A stretch of 32,000 nt of DNA, from NCBI GenBank assembly GCA_020632335.1, contig JACKFV010000001.1, forward strand, positions 150,001 through 182,000. Reading direction: 5' to 3'. The position numbers and the translations under genes were made by a program. Positions 1 to 9,513 of the stretch are shown here, piece by piece; position 1 is the stretch's first letter, and each line of letters opens with the position of its first letter. The DNA is from Candidatus Saccharimonadota bacterium (lineage in GTDB: Bacteria > Patescibacteriota > Gracilibacteria > UBA4473). The notes beneath the pieces are model-generated. The model was not told the DNA's origin. It saw only the letters and a program-made list of their open reading frames with translations, and did no database searches.

Positions 1-4
1 ACAC

Positions 5-523
5 ATGAGTATTCTCTTGGGAATCATCAGCGACATCCATGACCACCGGTCGCATCTGCAGGCAGTCCTCGCAGATGCGGCCGCTCGTGATGTGGAGCAT
101 TTGCTCTGCCTGGGGGACATGGGAGCCCCAAAAATACTCTTGATGTGTATAGCTTCTCGTATCCCCTGCACAGCTATCTATGGAAATAACGATGCCGAGA
201 AACATAAAATGGCCCTTGTGGCTCACGAGTCTGAGGGGGCATTTACCCTCATGAATAACACCTACGGTGTGGTGACCATGGGCGGCAGGACGCTCTGTAT
301 GATCCACCACCCCACGCTGGCGCTGTCTCTGGCGCGGTCGGGCGACTACGACGCGGTGTTCTATGGGCATAACCATACCCTGCACCAGGAGTACGTCGGT
401 GACTGCCTGGTGTGTAACCCCGGGGAGATCTGTGGCTACAGCACCGGCACGGTGAGCTACGCCATCTACGACACCGCGAGTAATACCGCAGAGAGCATCA
501 CGCTCTCCTCGTACTCTCTATAG
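5..523 (+). CDS. Metallophosphoesterase, YfcE/MJ0936-like phosphodiesterase (172 aa)
   Basis: Complete ATG ORF. The calcineurin-like phosphoesterase motif series is visible in order: ISDIHDH (DxH), GDMG (GD), GNND (GNxD/E), GHNH (GHxH), NPGE. Confidence 0.8.
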   Translation: MSILLGIISDIHDHRSHLQAVLADAAARDVEHLLCLGDMGAPKILLMCIASRIPCTAIYGNNDAEKHKMALVAHESEGAFTLMNNTYGVVTMGGRTLCMIHHPTLALSLARSGDYDAVFYGHNHTLHQEYVGDCLVCNPGEICGYSTGTVSYAIYDTASNTAESITLSSYSL

Positions 524-536
524 TGCTCCCATAGCG

Positions 537-571
537 CTCCCCCGGCTGCGCGTACTCGCACGCCAGGGGAG
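537..571. terminator. GC-rich imperfect hairpin between convergent genes (possible bidirectional terminator)
   Basis: CTCCCC(537-542) pairs with GGGGAG(566-571). An inner stem GGC-TGCG pairs with CGCA-(C)-GCC around a 6-nt loop. It lies between the stop at 523 and the pnp stop at 589. There is no clear U-tract on either strand. Confidence 0.3.
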
Positions 572-588
572 GTCTCCTCTTGTGTCTC

Positions 589-2703
589 TTAGCCCTGTGG
601 TATGCCCTTCATCGTCAGGCGCATGCGGCCTTTGGGGTCATGGCCTTTGTACTTCACGTTGACTTTTTGGCCCTCGTGCAGGTAGTCGCGCACGTTCTCC
701 ACCCGCTCGTCGGCTATCTCTGAGATGTGCAGCATGGCGTCCTTACCTGGTGCATACTCCACAAAGGCCCCAAACTCCAGTATGGTCTTCACCGTTGCGC
801 CCATGAAGAGATCGCCGACTTCTGGCTCCCACACTATCTGGCGGATGGCTGCCTCGGCCTTGCGGGCGTTCTCCCCATTGGTGCTGGTGATCATCACCAG
901 CCCGTCGTCCTCAATGTCGATAGTCACCTCATAGTCGGCGCACAGCCCCTGGATCGTCTCGCCTCCCTTACCGATGACCGCACCGATGTCCTCTGGCTTG
1001 ATGTAGAAGCTGGTGATGCGCGGCGCGTACGGGCTCATCTCCTTGCGCGGCCCAGGGATGACCGAGAGCATATGCTCCAGGATGTGCGCCCGGGCTTTCT
1101 CCGCCGCCTGGAAGGCCTCCTCCAGCACGCTCATGGGCAGGCCCTTGACCTTCATATCCATCTGCAGTGCGGTGATGGTGTTCTTCGTCCCCACGACTTT
1201 AAAGTCCATATCACCGTCAAAATCCTCGAAACTCTGGATGTCTGTGAGGATGCGGTACTGCCCGTCGCTATTCATCATCAGGCCCATGGCCACCCCGCTG
1301 ATGGGGGCTTTGATCGGTACCCCGGCGTCCATCAGCGCGAGGGTCTGGCCGCACACTGCCGCCATAGAGGTACTCCCATTCCCCGCGAGGATCTCGGTGG
1401 TGGTGCGCACGGTGTAGGGGAAGTTGTCTTCTTTCGTCGGCATGACAGCGGTAAGACCACGCTCCCCCAGGGCTCCGTGGCCTATCTCACGCCGCTTGGA
1501 TGGCCCCAGGCGCCCCACCTCTCCCACGCTATATGGCGGGAAGTTATAGTGGTGGAAGAACTGCTTGTGGTGCTCGGGTCGGTGCGCATCGTCGAGGTAC
1601 TGCTTGTCGCCCGGGCCACCGATGGTAACGGTCGTCAGCGCCTGGGTCTCTCCGCGAGTGAAGAGCCCGGTGCCGTGCACCCGTGATAGCAGATGTACCT
1701 CGCTGTGGAGGGGGCGTACTTCATCGCACGCGCGGTCATCTATCCGCTTGCCGTCGGTGAAGATCCGCTCGCGCATGGCCGCCGCAAAGCCCTTATCCAG
1801 ATAGTAGAGCAGATCTCCCTTTGTAATGGGGTTCTCGGGGTCGTCTATCTCGGTAGCAAATCGCTCCAGTACCCGCTCCTCCAGCGCATGGATGGCGTCC
1901 TTGATCGCAAATTTTGTACGGCCACGCAGCGCGGCAAAGTCTGCCTTGGTGACGAAGGATTCCACCGCTTTCTTGGCTTCTGGAGTGGGCTTGCTGAGGG
2001 TGAGCTCCACCGGGGTGACGGTGTGCTGCGCGAGGAAATCTTGCTGGAAGGCCACAATCTGCTGGATATACCCATGCGCAAACTGCAGCGCGCGCAGCAT
2101 GGTGGCCGAATCTACCTGGTCAGCGCCCGCCTCCACCATGAGGATAGCGTCCGCCGTGCCCGCCACCAGCAGGTCCAGCTTGCCCTTCTCGGACTGCTCG
2201 TAGGTCGGGTCGAGGAAGAACTCACCACTGTCGGTCATGCCCACGCGCACCGCTCCTACAGCGCTCTCCAGCGGCAGGCCCGAGAGCAGCATGGCCATGC
2301 TCGCGGCGTTGATGCCCAGCGCGCCGGGGTTATGCAGCCCGTCGCTCTGCAGCAGCGTCACGATGCACTGCACCTCATTGCGGGTACTTTTCGGGAACAT
2401 GGGGCGCAGCGGCCGGTCTATCATGCGGCTCATCAGCACCTCGTCGTCACTCAGCTTGCCCTCGCGCTTGTTCACCTTGCTGTACTTTATCCGCCCGGTG
2501 GCGTAGAACTTGCCCATGAAGTCCACCGACAGCGGGAAGAAATCAGCGCCCTCACGGCCCGGCGCAATGCCAATGGTGGTGAGCAGATGGGTTTCTCCGT
2601 AGCTGGCGTGCACCGCGCCCTGTGCCAGGCGGGCCATTTTACCGGTCTCAAAGGTAAGGGTTTGCTCCCCGAGGGCGAGCGAGTGGGTACGGATGTCGAA
2701 CAT
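589..2703 (-). CDS. pnp: Polynucleotide phosphorylase / polyribonucleotide nucleotidyltransferase (704 aa)
   Basis: Two RNase PH-like halves are followed by a KH domain (VIGKGGETIQGL) and an S1 domain (VGDLFMGATVKTILEFGAFVEY...MLHISEI). I chose the start at ATG 2703 (MFDIRTHSL...) because the 39 upstream residues of the long ORF are not PNPase-like. Confidence 0.95.
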   Translation of the reverse strand: MFDIRTHSLALGEQTLTFETGKMARLAQGAVHASYGETHLLTTIGIAPGREGADFFPLSVDFMGKFYATGRIKYSKVNKREGKLSDDEVLMSRMIDRPLRPMFPKSTRNEVQCIVTLLQSDGLHNPGALGINAASMAMLLSGLPLESAVGAVRVGMTDSGEFFLDPTYEQSEKGKLDLLVAGTADAILMVEAGADQVDSATMLRALQFAHGYIQQIVAFQQDFLAQHTVTPVELTLSKPTPEAKKAVESFVTKADFAALRGRTKFAIKDAIHALEERVLERFATEIDDPENPITKGDLLYYLDKGFAAAMRERIFTDGKRIDDRACDEVRPLHSEVHLLSRVHGTGLFTRGETQALTTVTIGGPGDKQYLDDAHRPEHHKQFFHHYNFPPYSVGEVGRLGPSKRREIGHGALGERGLTAVMPTKEDNFPYTVRTTTEILAGNGSTSMAAVCGQTLALMDAGVPIKAPISGVAMGLMMNSDGQYRILTDIQSFEDFDGDMDFKVVGTKNTITALQMDMKVKGLPMSVLEEAFQAAEKARAHILEHMLSVIPGPRKEMSPYAPRITSFYIKPEDIGAVIGKGGETIQGLCADYEVTIDIEDDGLVMITSTNGENARKAEAAIRQIVWEPEVGDLFMGATVKTILEFGAFVEYAPGKDAMLHISEIADERVENVRDYLHEGQKVNVKYKGHDPKGRMRLTMKGIPQG

Positions 2704-2902
2704 AAGAAGGGGGTAAGAAAGGAGGATCCTCCCCCAGCCATAGCAGAAAAAACACGAGAAACGCCAAAGTGGTGGCCCCTGCGCAAGAGGCTGACGGCTC
2801 TCGCGTTTGTTCTGTATCACTGGATGGGAAAGATCTCCCCTAGCCTAGTGGAGCCGCCTGGGGAGTCAATGAAAACACCGGGAACCACGCGTCTAGGTCT
2901 TC

Positions 2903-3496
2903 CTAGGCCTTACGGTTTTTCAGGAATTCCATGCCGAGCTCCATCACATCGTCCAGCACGCTGCCGTCGTTATCACGGTCCAGCAGGCTCATGAGGATGT
3001 TTTGCTCGGGGTCTTGCATCGTGGCGGATTCCTTACTGAAATCGCTCAGCTCCTGCAGCACTTCGGCTTTACTCTGCTGCTTGTCGGTCTGCTGCTTACC
3101 CAGTGCCCCCATCACCAGTGGCGCGAGGATCTCCATCACTCCCTTGGTCTGCGCGGTATCTACCCCCACGCTCTTGCCCAGCATGGTCTCGATGGCGCTG
3201 GTCTGCTGGCCGAAGATATGCCCGAGTATCTTATCCCCCTTGGCTGCCTGAGGGTTGGCGATGAGCCCCTCGAGGTTATCGAAGATACTGCCGTCGTGGT
3301 CATCGCGGATGGCGGTATAGAGCGAGTCGGCTGACGCGTCGTCCTTCTTGGCGTTAGTGGCCAGGCCCCCCAGCATCAGCGGCAGTGCCTTACTGGCCAG
3401 GCTCCCCACGGTGGACTGTGGCAGCCCCGTGGCGGTGGCTATCTTGCCCACGAGGGCAGAGACGACGTAACCCTGGACGAGTGATTGGAGGGACAT
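2903..3496 (-). CDS. DUF937-like protein (197 aa) with a C-terminal DxDxDG loop
   Basis: Gly/Ala/Leu-rich repeats (LPLMLGGLATN, LAPLVMGALGKQ) are typical of DUF937 proteins. A C-terminal LLDRDNDGSVLDD resembles an EF-hand-like loop. The assignment rests on memory of the family, not a search. Confidence 0.6.
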   Translation of the reverse strand: MSLQSLVQGYVVSALVGKIATATGLPQSTVGSLASKALPLMLGGLATNAKKDDASADSLYTAIRDDHDGSIFDNLEGLIANPQAAKGDKILGHIFGQQTSAIETMLGKSVGVDTAQTKGVMEILAPLVMGALGKQQTDKQQSKAEVLQELSDFSKESATMQDPEQNILMSLLDRDNDGSVLDDVMELGMEFLKNRKA

Positions 3497-3587
3497 GAGC
3501 GGAGATTATACCCCCATCGTAGCGGAAAACTCCCCTATGGCAAGCCCTTCTCTTGCGGTATCAGCGCCCAGCAGTAGGGTGTAGGGC

Positions 3588-4094
3588 ATGCCCTCTACTC
3601 CGTTGCCGCTCATCACTGTGCTCCTCACGGGGGTGAATCTGCTCGTGTTTGCGCTCAATAGGCTGGTACTCCCCTCTCCCATTGTCTCTACCCCGGGGCG
3701 GCTAGACTGGCGAGCCTTTATGGCGAATTTCTCGCACATGGGGGTAGGGCACCTGGCCATGAATCTCTTTGTGCTGTGGCAGGTACTGCCGGTGCTGGAG
3801 CGCTCCCTCCCCCCGCAGCAGATAGTGGGTATGCTGCTGAGCATCTGGCTGACGGTGGTGGGGCTGGGGTGGCAGTTTGCGAAGAGTCCGGCGCTGGGGT
3901 TCAGCGGTATTGGCCTGGGGATTATTACCTTTATGGCGCTTTTTGCCTGGCATATTCCCTCGCTGCGGAACCAGCTGCTCTTCTGGCTGGCGGTGAATAT
4001 CGCCATCGGATTCCAGCCCGGCATCAGCCTGGAGTACCACGTCTTCGGTGCGATAGGCGGCGTGGTGGCATATGGGCTGTGGCGAGTCTTCTAG
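3588..4094 (+). CDS. Rhomboid family intramembrane serine protease (168 aa)
   Basis: The protein is polytopic and hydrophobic. It carries an HxxxxHxxxN-type motif (FSHMGVGHLAMNLF), the catalytic GxSG (GFSGIGLG) and a downstream His helix (YHVFGAIGGVVAYGL). Confidence 0.8.
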   Translation: MPSTPLPLITVLLTGVNLLVFALNRLVLPSPIVSTPGRLDWRAFMANFSHMGVGHLAMNLFVLWQVLPVLERSLPPQQIVGMLLSIWLTVVGLGWQFAKSPALGFSGIGLGIITFMALFAWHIPSLRNQLLFWLAVNIAIGFQPGISLEYHVFGAIGGVVAYGLWRVF

Positions 4095-4109
4095 CAGACC
4101 ACAGCAGCA

Positions 4110-4913
4110 CTAGCGCCGCTTGAGGTACAGCTCATCTGGGATACGCAGGTCGATGTACTCCAGGCGAGCATCGGTAAGGCTAAACTGCGGAATCTGGTAG
4201 CCCAGCAGCTGCACAGCGGGCGTGGTATCATACTGGATATCGAAAAAAAGTTGCACCCCAGAACTCAGCGTAACGTGGTATTCTAGAGCTCTGGTGTAGT
4301 ACTCCCGATGCGTGATCTGCAAGCCCGTGGTGCGCTCCAGCAGGTCATCGGTCAAGAGTATCCGAGATACATACTCTGGCGGGATGAGCGTGGTGTGGGG
4401 CTCTATAGGCGTGGGGTGCTGCAGGATATCAATCTGCTCCAGTGACTCTTCGGCTGGTATAGGCAGGACAACGCCCTGGTCATCGATAACGTGAAAGCGG
4501 GTGGTGTCGGTATTCCACACCCGTGCCAGAGGCGCTGCCATCTGGATAGTCACCAGGAGTGTATCTGGCCATTGCTCCTGCAGCGTGACCGAGCGAAACG
4601 ACGGGAACTGTTCTTTTAAGAGCTCTTCCACAGTATGGTGATCGAGAAAGACCAGATTCTGCCCGTACACCGTATCCAGCGCTCGCTGCACCTGCAAGAT
4701 ATCCACATACGGCGTATTGCGATTAGGAGTGATTTTTCGGATCGCAAAGTAGGGACTCCACAAGACAAAAGCGATGAAGAGGAGGCCAATGCCAATAATA
4801 GCTGTCAACAGAATATGTCCTCGGAAGAGTACCCGAAAAAGCGACGACAAAAAGCTCCCCTCCCACAAGAGCTGCCATCGCCCCTGTAACCGTCGCCAAG
4901 TGGGGGAAGTCAT
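4110..4913 (-). CDS. FtsQ/DivIB-like cell division protein (POTRA domain, single N-terminal TM)
   Basis: A TM helix (ILLTAIIGIGLLFIAFVLW) is followed by a POTRA-like stretch (FAIRKITPNRNTPYVDILQVQRALDTVYGQNLVFLD...WPDTLLVTIQ). The start is uncertain: I chose ATG 4913, but TTG 4952 opens the longer ORF. Confidence 0.6.
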   Translation of the reverse strand: MTSPTWRRLQGRWQLLWEGSFLSSLFRVLFRGHILLTAIIGIGLLFIAFVLWSPYFAIRKITPNRNTPYVDILQVQRALDTVYGQNLVFLDHHTVEELLKEQFPSFRSVTLQEQWPDTLLVTIQMAAPLARVWNTDTTRFHVIDDQGVVLPIPAEESLEQIDILQHPTPIEPHTTLIPPEYVSRILLTDDLLERTTGLQITHREYYTRALEYHVTLSSGVQLFFDIQYDTTPAVQLLGYQIPQFSLTDARLEYIDLRIPDELYLKRR

Positions 4914-4976
4914 ACAGCAGCAAGTATAGAGATTACGAAGGCCCCTGACCAATAAATAGCGACAAAGCCCGCAGCG

Positions 4977-5528
4977 CTACACCGTCATTACGTCTTGTTC
5001 TTTCTTCTTCATGAGGGTCTGCACTTCTTCATTGGCTTTGTCTACCAATTCCTGGATCTGCTTATCGGCCCGGGATTTCTCGTCCTCTGTGATGGTCTTG
5101 TCATCCAGCTGGCGCTTGAGCACCTTTAGAGCGTCTTGTCTCACGGTGCGAATGGAAATCCTGGCGTTTTCTGCCTCGGTATGCACCAGCTTCACCAAAT
5201 GCTTGCGGCGCTCTTCCGTCATGGGGGGGATAGGCAGCAGGATATAACTCCCCATATTCTGAGGGTTAATGCCCAGGTCTGCCAGCCGCAGTGCACTCTC
5301 TACAGCCCCCAGCTGGCTCCTATCCCAGGGTTCTACTTTCAGGGTATGGGCATCCGGCGCTGAGAGCGTTGCCACTGCCTTCATGGCCATTGTTTGCCCA
5401 TAACTCTCTACCAAGATATTCTCTACCATCACTGTGCTGGCCCGTCCGGTCTGGAATCCCGCATAGGCCTCCCGCAGGTGGTGCATGGCTTTCTCGATAC
5501 CCGTCTCTAAAAGGGAAATGTACTCCAT
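4977..5528 (-). CDS. frr: Ribosome recycling factor (183 aa)
   Basis: Shows RRF-type sequence over its full length (AMHHLREAYAGFQTGRAS...LGINPQNMGSYILLPIPPMTEERRKHLVK...IRTVRQDA). The start at ATG 5528 (MEYISLL) gives the canonical length. The longer ORF N-terminus is not RRF-like. Confidence 0.93.
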   Translation of the reverse strand: MEYISLLETGIEKAMHHLREAYAGFQTGRASTVMVENILVESYGQTMAMKAVATLSAPDAHTLKVEPWDRSQLGAVESALRLADLGINPQNMGSYILLPIPPMTEERRKHLVKLVHTEAENARISIRTVRQDALKVLKRQLDDKTITEDEKSRADKQIQELVDKANEEVQTLMKKKEQDVMTV

Positions 5529-5637
5529 GGCTCCATAGTACCTCTCTCCTCCAACTGTGCAACCCAAAGCAAAAAAAACATCCGCAAACGCCTCCTGCAG
5601 GTTGTTTCTTTTAGCTAGCGGGCTATGCTGCACTGGA

Positions 5638-6783
5638 ATGTATACCCTCCGACTACAAGACTTCCGCAACCATAGCGATACTGAGCTCCAGCTCAGTAGC
5701 ACCCCCACGATCATCTATGGCGCTAATGGCAGTGGAAAAACCAATGTACTGGAGGCTCTCAGTCTGCTCTCTACCGGGCGCAGCTGGCGCAAATCTCCGC
5801 GAGAAAGCCTCATTCGTCATGGAGAGGCCAGTGCGGTGATAACCCTGGAAGCAGAGCACCTGCCCACCACCACACTGCACCTGACCCCCACGGCACTGCG
5901 CCTACGCCACCACCACAAGCCCAGCACCCTCAAAGCACACATCGGGCGCCTCCCTAGCCTAGTATTTGCTCCGGAGCACCTCCACCTCTTTGACGGTGGG
6001 AAGGCAGAACGCCAGCAATTTTTTGACCGCTACCTCTATCAAGTAAGCCCCGCATATCGAGCAGTACTCAGCCCGCTGCTACAAGCGATACAACAGCGCA
6101 ATAGTCTCTTAAAGCAGCACAGCAGCGCCGCCATACTCCACCCGTGGGAGGAGATCATCGCCAGGCTCTATCCCCAATGTGTTGCCCTCCGAGAAGCCGG
6201 TATCACAACGCTCCTCCCGACAATGCAAACGGCGCTCGCGCAACTGCACCCGGCACCAGAGGCCATCACTATGCACCTGCAGACAGCAGAGCCTTCTACC
6301 CACAGTAGCGCTGCTATCCGAGGGTTTTTCACTGCCCATCGCGCTCGAGAATACCATCTCAAGCGTACCCTCATCACCCCTACCCGAGACGATATCGTCT
6401 TTTTCTTTCGAGGAAAACCCCTGAACGATACCGCCAGCAGAGGCGAAAAACGGAGCATCCTGCTGGCCCTGCTCAGCAGTATGCACACCCACATGACCCT
6501 GCAGCTCGGTCGTCCTCCACTCTTATTACTCGATGATGTCTTCTCAGAGCTGGATGATGCCCGGCAAGCCTCGCTCTACCACCTGTGTGGTGCTGGAGCC
6601 ACCTCTGTACTCACCACCACGCACCTCTCGCATTTTTCTCTCTTCCCGGAAGCGAGATCTATCGCTATAGAAACGCTGGTATCCCCCACCCCAAAAAACC
6701 CTCAGCACCACAGAGGAGTAAATCCTGGAGCCGCCACTCGGATTCGAACCGAGGACCTACGGGTTACAAATCCGTTGCTCTAG
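5638..6783 (+). CDS. recF: DNA replication/repair protein RecF (381 aa)
   Basis: N-terminus reads MYTLRLQDFRNH...IIYGANGSGKTNVLEAL (Walker A) and the C-terminal half carries LLLLDDVFSELD (Walker B). The start at ATG 5638 follows the family N-terminus. The last ~58 nt run antisense through tRNA-Thr. Confidence 0.9.
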   Translation: MYTLRLQDFRNHSDTELQLSSTPTIIYGANGSGKTNVLEALSLLSTGRSWRKSPRESLIRHGEASAVITLEAEHLPTTTLHLTPTALRLRHHHKPSTLKAHIGRLPSLVFAPEHLHLFDGGKAERQQFFDRYLYQVSPAYRAVLSPLLQAIQQRNSLLKQHSSAAILHPWEEIIARLYPQCVALREAGITTLLPTMQTALAQLHPAPEAITMHLQTAEPSTHSSAAIRGFFTAHRAREYHLKRTLITPTRDDIVFFFRGKPLNDTASRGEKRSILLALLSSMHTHMTLQLGRPPLLLLDDVFSELDDARQASLYHLCGAGATSVLTTTHLSHFSLFPEARSIAIETLVSPTPKNPQHHRGVNPGAATRIRTEDLRVTNPLL

Positions 6784-6802
6784 CCAGCTGAGCTATGGCG
6801 GC
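6726..6802 (-). tRNA. tRNA-Thr (anticodon UGU), CCA encoded
   Basis: The reverse complement folds by hand into a cloverleaf: acceptor GCCGCCA/TGGCGGC, D arm GCTC..GAGC, anticodon loop TTTGTAA, T arm CTCGG-TTCGAAT-CCGAG, then T-CCA. Length is 77 nt. Confidence 0.9.
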
Positions 6803-6886
6803 GTTGGTCATGCATCGTGCTGAGCAGCACTCTACACGCACACAGAATGTAAAAATATACCGCCCCCTGGCAAGTGAATTTAGTGG

Positions 6887-6925
6887 AAAAAAGCCTCCTT
6901 GGTGTCATATCCATCGGAGGCTTTT
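6887..6925. terminator. Hairpin flanked by A6 and T4 runs (bidirectional intrinsic-terminator-like)
   Basis: GCCTCC(6893-6898) pairs with GGAGGC(6916-6921), and the stem can be extended by A-T pairs. It is preceded by AAAAAA(6887-6892) and followed by TTTT(6922-6925). On the minus strand it sits about 30 nt downstream of the broken gene ending at 6957. Confidence 0.45.
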
Positions 6926-6956
6926 ATTGTGCCAGGATCCCCTGGCGTGGTGTTTC

Positions 6957-7434
6957 TTAGGAATGAGGTTCTGTCTTATTGTACCACTTTTCCCATTTCT
7001 TCTTAGCTTCTTCTTTTCTTATGCCTTTTTCTTTTTCTATTTTGTCGATCTCTCTAAAATGTGGGCCCTTGTACAACGCATAGATGGGTGGTTCATTAAG
7101 CGTAAATAGCGGGAGGCAACACACATGGACTAGAAAAAATGCGATCCCCTGGAGAGTCCCCGGAGGGCATTCACCTACTAGATTCCATTTGTATCCCTCT
7201 TTTAACGCTGTGGTCATATCCCCCCCCATATGTTTCATCCCCAAAAACTTCAGTAAATCCTTTTTCGGGGGTGTAGCTATAGATACTAACGGATTTGATA
7301 TGATCCATCTGTAATTCATTCTTATTAAGGAGATCCCTTAAGAGGAATTCCGAAAGATTTGATTCCATCAATCGAACTTTACTGGGGTCAATTTTGAATT
7401 TCTTTACTATGTCTTTCCATAGCTTTTCTAACAT
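6957..7434 (-). pseudogene. Hypothetical gene in a low-GC islet, split by a frameshift at a G8 (C8 on plus strand) homopolymer
   Basis: ORFs 7171-7536(-) and 6957-7319(-) overlap and switch frame exactly at 7220-7227. Removing one G joins ...FGDETYGG to DMTTALKEGYKWN..., giving one ORF of about 158 aa from ATG 7434. I recognise no family. Confidence 0.5.
7220..7227. repeat. C8/G8 homopolymer tract at the frameshift point
   Basis: Read directly: tggtcatatc cccccccata. Confidence 0.95.
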
Positions 7435-7759
7435 TGTTACTGTATACACTTTTTTTAAATTTTTGCCAATTACCCACCCACCACAACGGGGAGCGTGTAG
7501 CCAGCGGTGAAATAATAAAATTAATTTAAACCTCACGGCGTCTCAAGACGTTTCCTAAGAACACCGTGCGGTCCCACGCGTTGCCGTCAAGCAACCATGA
7601 AACCACTGGTGTTCTCTCTCGGTATGTCAAACATCTCTCTCATCACCACATAAAAACATAACAGCAGCACTTGTCAATATGTTTTGTAGATAAATAGAAC
7701 CTAGCAGAGCTCTGCCGTGTCTTTCCCTTGGCATGTATATCACTGGCAGAGCAGGCTCG

Positions 7760-9460
7760 CTATGCTCCCGTAACCAGGTACTGTACAGCGCGCTGCACCA
7801 GCGGGTCAGCGTCGACTCCCTGGGTCTGGTCATAGCTCTGGCTCTCTACAGTGATGTCTGGCGTGATGCCTACTTTGTTGATCGGGTGGCCGTCAGGGCT
7901 GGCCCACAGCGTGAAGGTGACCTTCAGCATGCCCCCGTCGCTCAGCGTGTGCGTGCGCTGCGCAGACCCCTTCCCAAAGCTCTGCTCGCCCAGGATGGTC
8001 ACCAGGCCCCGGTCACGCAGCATGCCGATGACTACCTCGCTGGCGCTGGCGGTGTACTTATTCTGCAGCACGAGAATCTCCCCCGTGAAGCTGCTCAGTA
8101 CCCCGGTGCCGATCACCTGCCGCGGAGCCTCCCCCTGCTGGGTTAGCAGGCGCATCACCACGGCCTCCTGCCCCCGAGGGATGAACGCCGCGGCCACATC
8201 ATAGGCGGCGTCCAGCGTGCCGCCGGTGTTATTGCGCAGGTCGAGGATGATGGCCCGCGGGCTCTTGGGCAGGACTTCCTCGCGTAGCAGGGCGATGAAC
8301 CGCTCGGCCGTATGCGCGTTGAAGGTATGCAGGCGCACCACCGGTGTGCCATCCTGGGTGTACTTCACCGTCACGGTGGGCACCTCTATCTTGGCGCGAG
8401 TGACGGCGATGTCGTGCTCCTCCCCGTCGCGCTCTATGGTGAGGGTTACGCTGGTCTCCGCCGGGCCCTTAATGCGGTCTACCACCCACTCCAGCGTCTC
8501 GCCCTCCACCGGCTCGCCATTCACGGCTATGATGGTATCGCCGCTCTGCAGGCCCGCCGTAGCTGCCGGACTCCCCTCTATGGGCTCGACGATACGGAGG
8601 ATCCCCGCATCATTAAAGAGATACGCGCCAATACCCTGGAAGTCTCCATTCAGCACCTCCTGACGGAAGCTCTTGGCTTTCTCGGCTGGCATAAAGGTGG
8701 TATAGTCGTCCTCCAGCGCCTCCACCATACCGCGCACGGCTCCGGCCATCATCTTGGCCTTGATATCGTCGGTGATCTCGTTCGACTTATAGTACTCGTA
8801 GAGCACCATCTCATAGGCCTCCTGCAGCACGTCTAGGTCTGGCAGGGTGGTGTCGATGTTGCCCAGGTCGCGCAGTCCGGCGCTATTGGCGTTCCACTCG
8901 CGGTGGGTATCCTCGATGATCGTCTCGATCTCCTCCGGGCTGGGCTGCACCGCACGCAGTGGCTGCGGGTTAGCCGTGGGGCGACGCCGCCGCAGCGACT
9001 CAAGGTAGGTTGCCGCGGGAGCCGTGCTGGGGGGCGTAGCGACGGCGTTCTCGTCGGTGCGGTCATAGCCCTGTGCCCGCCGCCACCAGAGCGACAACTG
9101 GCCATACGTCACCGGTTTGCCGGCTGTATAGGTACGGCACTCCACGGTGGTGAGGATATGCTCGGCGCAGGCGGTATTCCGCACGCTCTCCACCACCGGC
9201 ACACTGCGAGTCGTCAGCACCGCGCTCAGCACGCCTTCCATGGTCGCGTAGGGCTCACCAGCAGGGTTGGGGTAGTAGAGCCCCTTCACCGGCTGCAGAG
9301 GCTGCGGGCCAAAGAGCTGTTCCAGCGCCGGCTGGGTGATGCGCTCTGTGGGGCTAGCGGTATAAGCCGGGAGCGCCTCCACCGCAGCAAAAGTATGCGA
9401 AGTAAGTACCAAGAGCGAGAAAACCGAGACGAGAAGAGAACAGCGTTGCATGCTCAGCAT
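7760..9460 (-). CDS. S41 family C-terminal processing peptidase (Ctp/Prc-like) with PDZ domain and a long N-terminal extension
   Basis: Contains a PDZ domain (FQGIGAYLF...IEGSPAATAGLQSGDTIIAVNGEPVEG), LDLRNNTGG, and a catalytic Ser/Lys region (YTASASEVVIGMLRD...GEQSFGKGSAQ). There is an N-terminal signal-like helix. The start is ATG 9460 or 9451; GTG 9496 opens the longest ORF. Confidence 0.88.
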   Translation of the reverse strand: MLSMQRCSLLVSVFSLLVLTSHTFAAVEALPAYTASPTERITQPALEQLFGPQPLQPVKGLYYPNPAGEPYATMEGVLSAVLTTRSVPVVESVRNTACAEHILTTVECRTYTAGKPVTYGQLSLWWRRAQGYDRTDENAVATPPSTAPAATYLESLRRRRPTANPQPLRAVQPSPEEIETIIEDTHREWNANSAGLRDLGNIDTTLPDLDVLQEAYEMVLYEYYKSNEITDDIKAKMMAGAVRGMVEALEDDYTTFMPAEKAKSFRQEVLNGDFQGIGAYLFNDAGILRIVEPIEGSPAATAGLQSGDTIIAVNGEPVEGETLEWVVDRIKGPAETSVTLTIERDGEEHDIAVTRAKIEVPTVTVKYTQDGTPVVRLHTFNAHTAERFIALLREEVLPKSPRAIILDLRNNTGGTLDAAYDVAAAFIPRGQEAVVMRLLTQQGEAPRQVIGTGVLSSFTGEILVLQNKYTASASEVVIGMLRDRGLVTILGEQSFGKGSAQRTHTLSDGGMLKVTFTLWASPDGHPINKVGITPDITVESQSYDQTQGVDADPLVQRAVQYLVTGA

Positions 9461-9513
9461 GGTATGGAGTTGCGGAGAAAATGCAACCTTTCTCACTCGG
9501 CTACTGTGAGGAC

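Noticed and set aside
1693-2994. 433-aa plus-strand ORF, along with 727-1686 and other ORFs overlapping pnp
   Set aside because: They are antisense to an unambiguous full-length PNPase. Their translations carry no motifs and have skewed R/G/H/L composition.
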